A stretch of 64,000 nt of DNA from NCBI GenBank assembly GCA_036918135.1, contig JBALDB010000053.1:96001-160000 (forward strand), given 5' to 3'. The number at the start of each line of letters is the position of its first letter. Within the stretch, counting starts at the first letter, position 1. A program made the position numbers and the translations under genes. Below, one piece after another: positions 20,425 to 28,933 of this stretch. The notes beneath the pieces were generated by a model. It was given only the letters and a program-made list of their open reading frames with translations, had not been told where the DNA came from and did not search any database. The DNA comes from Nostoc sp. Lineage in GTDB: Bacteria > Cyanobacteriota > Cyanobacteriia > Cyanobacteriales > Nostocaceae.

Positions 20425-21474
20425 TCAGGCACGCCAACGAAGTATCTGACTCTTAACAGGGTTGACAAATTCCCGTCCTTCTGCAAGAGACCGGGCATAC
20501 TCGCGCTTCAACTGGTAATACCACTGCGCCTGCATATCTGAGTCTTTGATTAGTCGCAGCACCGGATTATATTTGAGTCCAATTTGCTGCTTTTCCACCA
20601 CCGCTCGGTCTTGTCCCAGAAAAGTCCGCGCCAAAACATGCAGCAATGGCTGGAAAAATCCCACCCAACGAAGTGTCGAGTAAAGAGTAAAAGTTACCTC
20701 GGTTTCTGTCTCTGAAATGGGTGTAACTGTGGTTAAATTAACGACTCGATGCTTGCCAATCGTGCTTTCTTCCACTCTGACTCCAGGTAAGCGAAAAGAA
20801 ATCTCTATTTCTGGTACACCACCGCCAATCAGCCAATATAATCGACCCCCATTCGCTGGTAATCGGTGTCGCGGTATTGTGAAACCATAGGGTGAAGCAT
20901 CAAATTGCTTCACTTCCTCATGCAATTGCTGATTTCGCCACCACCAGGATTGATGAACATAAGGTGAATGAGCCGGGTCCATTAAACCCACCACTGCATG
21001 ATCGATAAAACAGGGGAAGCGCATCACCTCTACAAACTGGGGCGATTGCTCATCGAATCCTGGAATTACCGGAATGTCCATTTCCGGAGGCTGGGGGCGA
21101 TCGCGATCGGGGATATATATCCAAATATTCCCTTGCATTTCCCGGACTGCATAGGACTGGACATCAAAGCGACTTAAATCCATCTTTTGTTCTTCCACAA
21201 GAGACGGGATCGCAGTACAGCGTCCACCAGAGTTAAAGCGCCAACCGTGGTAGCAGCATTCCACTTCCTGCCCATCGAATCGCCCGCAACTCAAGGGCAC
21301 AGCTCGATGCGGACAAATATCCGTCATTGCAGACACTTTCCCATCGCGATCGCGAATTAATAGCACCGGTTCTCCTAAGAAAATACGGCTCACCATCATA
21401 CCTGGCTTAATCTGATTGCTAGGCAGAGCATAGTACCAAATATTACGCAAGAAAAAGTTATCGTTATTTTTCAT
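20425..21474 (-). CDS. Rieske non-heme iron oxygenase alpha subunit
   Basis: CPHR...CCYHGW Rieske motif and DPAHSPYVH iron motif; ATG at 21474 preferred. Confidence 0.9.
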   Translation of the reverse strand: MKNNDNFFLRNIWYYALPSNQIKPGMMVSRIFLGEPVLLIRDRDGKVSAMTDICPHRAVPLSCGRFDGQEVECCYHGWRFNSGGRCTAIPSLVEEQKMDLSRFDVQSYAVREMQGNIWIYIPDRDRPQPPEMDIPVIPGFDEQSPQFVEVMRFPCFIDHAVVGLMDPAHSPYVHQSWWWRNQQLHEEVKQFDASPYGFTIPRHRLPANGGRLYWLIGGGVPEIEISFRLPGVRVEESTIGKHRVVNLTTVTPISETETEVTFTLYSTLRWVGFFQPLLHVLARTFLGQDRAVVEKQQIGLKYNPVLRLIKDSDMQAQWYYQLKREYARSLAEGREFVNPVKSQILRWRA

Positions 21475-21754
21475 AATTAATATCAATTTAAGTAGAGCAA
21501 TGCAAATAAAGCTAACTAGCAAGAATCGTCATTTGTCATTTGTTATTGCTCATTTGTAAGGGTTTCACGTGTATTTACGTTTATTAATATAGTTTAGTTT
21601 ATTCTCCCCGATTTACTTGGATAAATAGGATGTTGGAGATGACTAGAACAGACTCCAAAATCTCAAATTCAAGATTGGGACGCTCAATTTTTAGACATGT
21701 TCCTAATTTTCTCAAATTTGGGATCATCTGCGAACATTCTAGGTATCAGGTTGA

Positions 21755-22192
21755 TTATTCACCAGAAATTTGGACAAATACTGTTCTTTTGCGCGGGCCA
21801 TCCAACTCAAAAAACAACACAGATTGCCAGGTTCCCAAAGCTAATTTACCATCGACAATCGGAATTATCTCACTAGTGCTGAGCATCATTGCCATTAAGT
21901 GAGAGTGAGCATTAATCGGTTCATCTTCTGGAACATCTCTTAAATGCAAATCATTATGCAAATAACTGTCTGATTCTGGTGCTAATTTTTGCAAAAATAC
22001 TTTTATATCTTCTAACAATCTGACTTCATTTTCGTTGATAGCTAAAGCTGTTGTAGTGTGTCGAGAGAATACTAAAACTTGTCCATTCTTAATTGATGTT
22101 GAAGCAATGAAATCTTTGATTTGTGGCGTTAGATTATAAATATTAATTTTTGGTTCAGTTTCAAGTTCAATTAATTTATGAATAATTGGCAT
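21755..22192 (-). CDS. yjbQ: YjbQ family (UPF0047) protein
   Basis: HTTTALAINENE, NAHSHL and LGTWQSVLFFELDGPR. Confidence 0.9.
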   Translation of the reverse strand: MPIIHKLIELETEPKINIYNLTPQIKDFIASTSIKNGQVLVFSRHTTTALAINENEVRLLEDIKVFLQKLAPESDSYLHNDLHLRDVPEDEPINAHSHLMAMMLSTSEIIPIVDGKLALGTWQSVLFFELDGPRKRTVFVQISGE

Positions 22193-22282
22193 CTCTTAAT
22201 TAGATTTTTGATTTCATAAAAAGTATGCTAACACAGCGTAATGCCCGGAAAAATTTAATATTAACTTCTGGAAAGACTTGGG

Positions 22283-23464
22283 TTAATCGCGTCTCTCCAA
22301 GCTAACTATATTTTGCAAACCTTCCACTAATCTCTCTATACCTTCTTTTGCAGTCTCTTGTTGCAGCGCCCCATAAGCAACGCGTAGATAGCAGCCATTA
22401 TCTATGCCAAAGGTTGTACCTGGAATAACTGCTACTTTATATTCTTGAATGAGTCTTTTAACTAATTCAAAAGCATCAATTTGGGTATGAACTTTCAGGA
22501 AAAAATAAAAAGCACCATTGGCGGGTGTAATAGTACATAAACCTTGGAGACGCTTCAGCGAGTCTAATACTATTTGTCTTACTTGGGCAATCGCTCCAAT
22601 ATTTTCCTTGAAATACTCTTGTTTTGCCTGCAATGCTCCTAAAGCTGCATATTGGGAAATTACTGGTGGACAAATTAAAATTGTATCCTGGACTTTTTTG
22701 ACGGCGACAAGTAAGTGTTTAGGAATTACCATGTAGCCAATGCGCCAACTTGCAAAACCGTAAGCTTTGGAAAGGCTATAGAGAGAAATAGTGTACTTGC
22801 TACTACCAGCAAATGCAGCAGGTGAAATATGTTTTACTCGGTCATAAGTGAAGTATTCATAAGCTTCATCACTGATGTGATAAATGTTGGCAGTTCTACA
22901 GATTTCATTTACCTGGCGCAATGTGGCTTCACTATAGACAACCCCAGTGGGATTATTCGGTGAAATAGTTACCACAGCGCGGGTTTTGGGAGTAATTGCT
23001 TGAGAAATCGCTTCTATTCGCAATTGGTAATTTTCATCCGTTTCTACTAACACCGGACGACAACCAGCCATTGCGATCGCCATTTCGTGGTTGAAATAGT
23101 AAGGTGTATTTAAAATAATTTCATCGCCTGGGTTAGTGATCGCCAGAATGGCATTCATGAATCCCATATTGCTTCCCGCCGTCACGACGATGCAGTTTTC
23201 CTGATTGATTTCAATTCCATTGAACGCTTGCAATTTTTCTGCAAGTGCTGTCAGCAATGGCGGAATTCCTTCAACTGATTTATATAGATGATTAGCAGGT
23301 TCGGCAAGAAATTTTGGCAAAAACTCTATTGTTTCCGGTGGGGGGCTATAATAAACAACACCTTGTCCTAAAGAGATTGTTCCAGGAGAATTTTTAATCA
23401 GTTCCCCAACCACAGGAATAATCGGCGACTGTATCGCCTGCATACGAGAGGTTAGGGATTCCAT
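22283..23464 (-). CDS. PLP-dependent aminotransferase class I/II
   Basis: SPNNPTG, SDEAY and SLSKAYGFASWRIG. Confidence 0.92.
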   Translation of the reverse strand: MESLTSRMQAIQSPIIPVVGELIKNSPGTISLGQGVVYYSPPPETIEFLPKFLAEPANHLYKSVEGIPPLLTALAEKLQAFNGIEINQENCIVVTAGSNMGFMNAILAITNPGDEIILNTPYYFNHEMAIAMAGCRPVLVETDENYQLRIEAISQAITPKTRAVVTISPNNPTGVVYSEATLRQVNEICRTANIYHISDEAYEYFTYDRVKHISPAAFAGSSKYTISLYSLSKAYGFASWRIGYMVIPKHLLVAVKKVQDTILICPPVISQYAALGALQAKQEYFKENIGAIAQVRQIVLDSLKRLQGLCTITPANGAFYFFLKVHTQIDAFELVKRLIQEYKVAVIPGTTFGIDNGCYLRVAYGALQQETAKEGIERLVEGLQNIVSLERRD

Positions 23465-23659
23465 GTTTCCATGTCCGAGGTGGCTATAGTATCTTTTGCT
23501 GGAGAAGAACCGATTAGTCGTAATATTTATTTAAGCGATCGCAACTAGTCAGGCGTAATTCTATCAAGTTGTTTGTTGCTTAATTGCTTCTAGTCAATTT
23601 CAGCCACTTTGTCTTGCATGACTAAGAAATAATTTGCTATACTACAAACTCATTTTTAA

Positions 23660-23944
23660 TTAATAATCTTGTTTTTTCGACCAGTTACCTCGTGGGTTAT
23701 CCTCTCGTGGTTTTGCTTTGTTAACTCTCAGTTGACGACCCATCCATTCTGCACCATCCAATTCGGTGATGGCTGCGTCTTCTTGAGCATCTTCATTCAT
23801 ATCAACAAAGGCAAAGCCCCGCAGTCGTCCTGTTTCACGGTCAGTAGGCAAGACAACTCTTTTGACCTCGCCGTAGTCTGCAAACACTGCTCTTAAGTCT
23901 GCTTCAGTAGCGCGGTAGGAGAGATTTCCAACGTAAATAGTCAT
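23660..23944 (-). CDS. rbp: RRM RNA-binding protein (cyanobacterial Rbp, no Gly-rich tail)
   Basis: RNP2 IYVGNL and RNP1 RGFAFV; ATG at 23944. Confidence 0.92.
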   Translation of the reverse strand: MTIYVGNLSYRATEADLRAVFADYGEVKRVVLPTDRETGRLRGFAFVDMNEDAQEDAAITELDGAEWMGRQLRVNKAKPREDNPRGNWSKKQDY

Positions 23945-24265
23945 GTGAGATTGGGTAATTTTCAACAAAAAGCGATTAGTTCAGCTGAAAACAGATTTAA
24001 CAAAATTGCAAATATTGCATATTCCTCTCTGATTCACCAACCGTTTAGTGAATGTTTGAGGGGAGCAGTAAATCAGGTAGGATTGGCTGAACTTACACAT
24101 ACGCTCATATAATAACTGATTGTGACGTTTTTCAAAGTACGAGATTTTACAAACTCTTATTACATAAAATCAATATTTCTTACCCCCCACAGTCTTTGAT
24201 TCTCCAAGAGGTAAAGACCCAAAGGGACACCCAGAGGTAGGGTGAGATGGTTTGTCGCAAAACAG

Positions 24266-24357
24266 TAGACTTCTTGCATAAATCAAAAAAAGAACCCCAA
24301 AGAGCCTGCGGGGAGAGGCTAGGGGTGGGGTGTTAGAGAACTTTTGCAAGAGGTCTA
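24266..24357. mobile_element. MITE-like element, same family as 2605-2726
   Basis: TAGACTTCTTGCA...TGCAAGAGGTCTA inverted termini. Confidence 0.7.
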
Positions 24358-24386
24358 ATTAACTCAATTGGCGATTACCCAAGAAT

Positions 24387-24605
24387 TTAGTCAATCGCAA
24401 TCTGCTGAGGCCCAGTGGCTTTGCCGTTATGTGCCTCCGTTGTGTTGGAAGTGTAACTATTTGGGTAGATTTGTCGATCTAACCAGCTTTTAACGGGATC
24501 GTCTCCAAGATTGAGTCGAAGCACACCGGAGAATAACCCACCAAGAAATGACACTGGGTGCTGGGTAAATTCTCTGAATATAGGTGACAATTCATTAATG
24601 AACAT
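24387..24605 (-). CDS. Conserved cyanobacterial hypothetical protein
   Basis: 72-aa ORF with GGAG RBS, ending GPQQIAID. Confidence 0.7.
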   Translation of the reverse strand: MFINELSPIFREFTQHPVSFLGGLFSGVLRLNLGDDPVKSWLDRQIYPNSYTSNTTEAHNGKATGPQQIAID

Positions 24606-24791
24606 TAAAAGTCTCCTGGTTTTGCGTTCAAAAATTATTACTTGTTAATCAATCGTAACGTCTTAGGGAATGGGGGCATTGGGCATTGAAAGTGTGGGAG
24701 GGGTGGGAGGTGTGGGAGGATGGGGAAGAAATCTTTCCCCCCTCTCTCCCCACACTCCTCATCTCCCTATCTCCCTCACTCCCTACTCTTC

Positions 24792-25865
24792 TTATGAGCT
24801 TGGTTCCCGGTCGGGAAACATACACTTATCAGAGTCACAACCACTAGGGCCAGCCTCTGTCATTTCTCCTAAATCGTAGCGGCTTAGCACTCCACAGAAA
24901 TCATCTGTTTTGCGCCGTGCTTTTACTTCTTGAGTTAAGCGATCGCAGGTTGCTTTATCTATTGGTTCAAACGGCAAACGTGGGAATGATTGCAAATCGT
25001 CAAAGCGAGCTAAAAGAGCTGCGGAAATATATCCTTCATCGTCCTGGATGCTTTGGTAGATGCGCTCTGCAAGGCTTTCGACTTCATCAGAGCGGAGTTC
25101 TAAGGTTGCCGATGTGTTGTGAGTCACATAGGAGCGCTGAACCTGGAGGACAAAATCAAATTGGGCAAGGACTGAAAACTTAGAAATATCAATTTTATCA
25201 GCCCCAGGTAAATCAGCCCAAGGTACAGAAACGGGGATTTCCACAAGCCATTCACTAACCCGTGGATCGAAGGGATCGTTAAGTAAATTGCCTTGCTCGT
25301 CTTTATCTGATTGCGAAGGAATGACGTTGTAACCATAGTCAATGCAGGCTAAAGCTACCGGGTCATTTTTGCCGAAAGTGATGCGGCGGATAAATCTTTG
25401 GGCTTTGGGGGGATGCCATCCGGAACTCGCATTAGTTAATAAAGCCTTAGTACCGCTCGGTTGAACTGTAGTGCAGCGATTTGGACGTTTGAGATTGTGG
25501 CGATCGCAATAATCCCAAACAATTCGATGCACAGTATCTTTCCAAAAACTTAAATATTTCTCTTCCTCGTGCTTAAAAGCTAACCCTTGTGGAGTTGCAG
25601 GTCTTCCTGCTGACCACCAGCGCAGCCAATCAACACCAAAAGCATGGACAAAGAAATCAAATAAACCTGTAAAAGAAACTCCAACAATTGGGTCTATTTC
25701 ACGACTGTATTGATAGCGTGATTCCAGAAATTTGTGATTTAAAAGTGCAGCTACAGATAGCGCCCCAGTAGTGAAAGCCTCCTCTTGTTCTTTGTAGTTA
25801 TATGGGTCAATTTGATTGAGGTGAACCTCAGACAAATTACAGTGGAAATTAGAGCCGATGATTTC
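24792..25865 (-). CDS. nrdJ: Class II (B12-dependent) ribonucleotide reductase, exon 2
   Basis: Begins EIIGSNFHCNLSE; TTVQPSGT; C-terminal redox pair GCDSDKC. Confidence 0.92.
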   Translation of the reverse strand, partial: EIIGSNFHCNLSEVHLNQIDPYNYKEQEEAFTTGALSVAALLNHKFLESRYQYSREIDPIVGVSFTGLFDFFVHAFGVDWLRWWSAGRPATPQGLAFKHEEEKYLSFWKDTVHRIVWDYCDRHNLKRPNRCTTVQPSGTKALLTNASSGWHPPKAQRFIRRITFGKNDPVALACIDYGYNVIPSQSDKDEQGNLLNDPFDPRVSEWLVEIPVSVPWADLPGADKIDISKFSVLAQFDFVLQVQRSYVTHNTSATLELRSDEVESLAERIYQSIQDDEGYISAALLARFDDLQSFPRLPFEPIDKATCDRLTQEVKARRKTDDFCGVLSRYDLGEMTEAGPSGCDSDKCMFPDREPSS

Positions 25866-26152
25866 CAATTTTGTTATCCTAAAGGCTTTTTATCCTCTAG
25901 TTCTACTGCTTGATTATTTGCAGTAGTTCCGCGTACATTTTGCATATGTGACTTCATTAATAAAAGTACTTTTTACATATGTCCCCGCACTCTTGGAGAG
26001 ATTATATTCTAGAGAACAATTTTCGGTTTCATCTAGTTTCACTCTCTACGCTGTACGGTGTCAAAAGCTTTTTACTTCCTTTGATTACCACGGGATTAGC
26101 ATCTCAGCTTTCCCCGTTTTTGCGAGGTTTTTAACGTGAGGCAAAATCAATT
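25866..26152 (-). ncRNA. Self-splicing group I intron (287 nt, no ORF, subgroup IA-like)
   Basis: Exon 1 ends in U and the intron ends in G; removal restores in-frame NPCG|EIIG; P1, P3-P9 and P10 pairings are readable, with an extra helix between P7 and P3'. Confidence 0.93.
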
Positions 26153-27379
26153 ACCACACGGATTTAGCCCATAGCGAGCCAAACGATGTTTTAGCTCTTT
26201 AGCATCAAGCTGAGGATAGCGTTCTTGGAACCATTGTTTTGCTGTTCCTTGTTCATAAGCTTTCAAAAAATCAATTTTTATAGCTTGTGTTGGCAACAAA
26301 TCTATATTTGCTCTGGCTACAGCTTCACCAGCCCATTGAATCGCACCTTCACCACTGTAATATTGTTTGCGAACAGCATCAATACATTCTTCTAATGTGG
26401 GCTTGCGGTGAAAAACTCTGGTATGATTTGCCATTCTCAAAGCATCCCGCTCTGGATCGATTCGCCAGTTGCCTTCTTTATCCTGTTGCCATAAGTTATC
26501 TTTGGCTGTTGCTGCCGAGCTATCCCCAGAATCAAACTGACGCATCCCCGCACTTCTTCTAATATTGCCAGCAACAATTGTCACTGCCGCTTGATCGATT
26601 AACAAACAACATTCAACTGAATTTAATTGTCGCCCTTTAGCTTTATTCAGAATGGATGCACAACCTTGATAAAGTCCTGGCAATTTTACAGGATTAGCAA
26701 CTCCGCCAAAGCCGTTAAGAGTTTCTCCAGCTTTGCGAACATCGCCCAGATCCACTAATACTTCAACATCTCCCGAAAAACGTTCGTTAGTGGAGAGTTC
26801 TAGGAGGGTTTGATATGATTCAACCCAGCCTTCACGGCTATCTCCAACATGGATAGTAACTTTGTTGCCTTCTATATGTGTTTGTGTATATTCCCGACGC
26901 TCAATTTTAAGAGTGCTACCAATTTCACCTTCTACAGTGACGTTCAAATGATTACGGATGGGGGGCAACTGGTTAATATATTGTGGTTCTAGAATGGCTC
27001 CAGTACCACAGCCCATCATCGCCAAATCCATCATTAAGCCGAAGGCACTCCAGTCTTCTAGATTGGTAGAGGTGCAATTATAACCCCCGGAAAAATTCTT
27101 TGGTTTAGTTATCCAGTCTGTACCACCAACCCATAACCAGCGACCACTGGGCATAGCTTTCAAGCTACGCTGCATCCGTTCTAGTATGGCAACTTCTTCT
27201 CTTGTGAGTTTCCCCAACTCGATTAAGCCTTGTAAAGTGCGATCGCATACCTCATCCCATGTTTCCCTCAACCCTGCCTTAGTACGGCGGCTATAGGTTC
27301 TAAAGAATACAGGATTAGCAGCGGGAGCAGTCTCTGGAAACCCTCTGCTCTGGCGTTTTGTTTCGAGCTTTTGAACCAT
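26153..27379 (-). CDS. nrdJ: Class II ribonucleotide reductase, exon 1
   Basis: FFRTYSR, PSGRWLW, YNCT, GCGTG and VAGNIRRSA; ends GLNPCG. Confidence 0.92.
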
Positions 27380-27617
27380 AAATCAAGTCTTGTTGCGTGC
27401 GAACAGATTATGACTATACGCCAAGTAGATTTAGGATTAAAGATTGTCAAATTGTCCACTTTACGCTAGTGCTACCCCGTGCTATTTGCAACAGAACTTC
27501 ATGATATATAATATTTACCACTCCTAAGTAGAGTTTATCTACCAAGTTTTAATTATTGCAAATACTTTATAAGTAAATTTTCTCTCTATCTTGAGGCCGA
27601 TTGTGACTTATACAAGC

Positions 27618-27654
27618 TTGCGATCGCTCGGCGTAGATCCTGATTTTCTCATTT
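27618..27654 (+). pseudogene. Relic 3' end of a Uma2 paralog
   Basis: 32 of 34 nt identical to 28423-28456; encodes LRSLGVDPDFLI* versus LRSLGIDPDSLT*. Confidence 0.65.
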
Positions 27655-27720
27655 AAATTGCTATCAAAATTCATTTATAAAATAAAGATGTACTAATGAC
27701 TGAGGAACGGTAAATCCATC

Positions 27721-28461
27721 ATGCTAGAGTACAATCCATTAGCTTGTTTACCCTCATCTGAGGAACTGCCAGACTCTGACGATACGCCAGTGGATAATGA
27801 ATTACAAGATTTAATTCCCGGTTTACTCAAAGCAATACTCGCAATGGCATGGTCAGAAAGAATGGATTGGTTTTTTGGCGTAGATATGGGGATTTATTAT
27901 GACCCAGATTTAGTGCCAATCGTGCCAGATGGGTTTTTGAGTTTGGGTGTAGAGCGATTTTATGATGAAGATCTCCGCCCCAGTTATGTGCTTTGGGAAG
28001 AGAAGAAATTACCGATATTAGTGTTGGAGGTAGTATCTAAAACATATCGTGGTGAGTACTCGACCAAAAAAGCAGAGTATGCAAGATTGGGAATTTTGTA
28101 TTATGTAGTTTATAACCCATTTCGTCGCCGCAAGCCACATTTAGAAGTTTACAAATTAGTTAACAATGTTTATAAATTACATGATGGGAATCCAGTTTGG
28201 TTGCCAGAAATAGGTTTAGGAATTGGCATTGAACGAGGAACTTATCTAGGCATACCACGCGAGTGGATGTATTGGTACAATCAACAAAGACAACGGTTTT
28301 TAACACCAGAAGAAGACAAAAAACTTGCTCAACAAGAAACCCAGGAAGCTAAACAAGAAGCGCAGCAAGCTAAACAAGAAGCACAACAAGCTAAACGACG
28401 TGCTGAATTATTAGCAGAACGGTTGCGATCGCTCGGCATAGATCCTGATTCTCTCACCTGA
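27721..28461 (+). CDS. Uma2-family endonuclease with coiled-coil tail
   Basis: ELPDSDDTPVDNELQ, VPDGF and VLEVVS; AKQEAQQ repeats. Confidence 0.9.
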   Translation: MLEYNPLACLPSSEELPDSDDTPVDNELQDLIPGLLKAILAMAWSERMDWFFGVDMGIYYDPDLVPIVPDGFLSLGVERFYDEDLRPSYVLWEEKKLPILVLEVVSKTYRGEYSTKKAEYARLGILYYVVYNPFRRRKPHLEVYKLVNNVYKLHDGNPVWLPEIGLGIGIERGTYLGIPREWMYWYNQQRQRFLTPEEDKKLAQQETQEAKQEAQQAKQEAQQAKRRAELLAERLRSLGIDPDSLT

Positions 28462-28594
28462 TTTTCTCCAAAGAAACTCCAACATATAAATCATCTAATC
28501 TTGTGAGGTAGGCAACATGAGCGCCCAGTTTCCATGACGGGCAAGACGCCTATCCTACAAGAAATATTAGGATATTTTATTACTTAAAAATCCC

Positions 28595-28867
28595 TAAAAA
28601 CTCGTTCATAAATATTAAAGACTCGTTAACGGAGTTCAGAGGTGGATGAATCCAGTTCAAATACTCATTCACGGAGTTCAGAGGTGGATGAATCCAGTTC
28701 AAATACTCGTTAACGGAGTTCAGAGGTGGATGAATTCAGTTCAAATACTCGTTAACGGAGTTCAGAGGTGGATGAATCCAGTTCAAACACTCGTTAACGG
28801 AGTTCAAAGGTGGATGAATCCAGTTCAAATACTCATTCACGAATATCAAAGACTCATTGCAGCAGTT
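28595..28867. repeat. Tandem array of about 13 x 21-bp units alternating A/B (42-bp higher-order period)
   Basis: A = CAAATACTCGTTAACGGAGTT, B = CAGAGGTGGATGAATCCAGTT; A differs by 1 nt from units in 17067-17390. Confidence 0.95.
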
Positions 28868-28933
28868 TTCATTTACTTAAATCACACTCTTGCCTTCTTT
28901 GCGCCTCTGCGTGACATAAAAATCTTTCAGTAA

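Noticed and set aside
24670..24790. 69-aa ORF 24670-24879 and its G-rich/C-rich tract
   Set aside because: A typical Nostocales inverted short-repeat hairpin after nrdJ; the ORF is a by-product.
25948..26139. 63-aa ORF in the intron as a homing endonuclease
   Set aside because: Antisense to the intron, too short, and has no LAGLIDADG, HNH or GIY-YIG motif.
24792..27379. nrdJ as a pseudogene, two-subunit enzyme or intein-containing gene
   Set aside because: The insert has an immediate in-frame stop and full group I intron hallmarks, and precise removal restores the frame.
17067..28867. The two 21-bp arrays as CRISPR arrays
   Set aside because: Units are contiguous with no unique spacers, and no cas genes are present.
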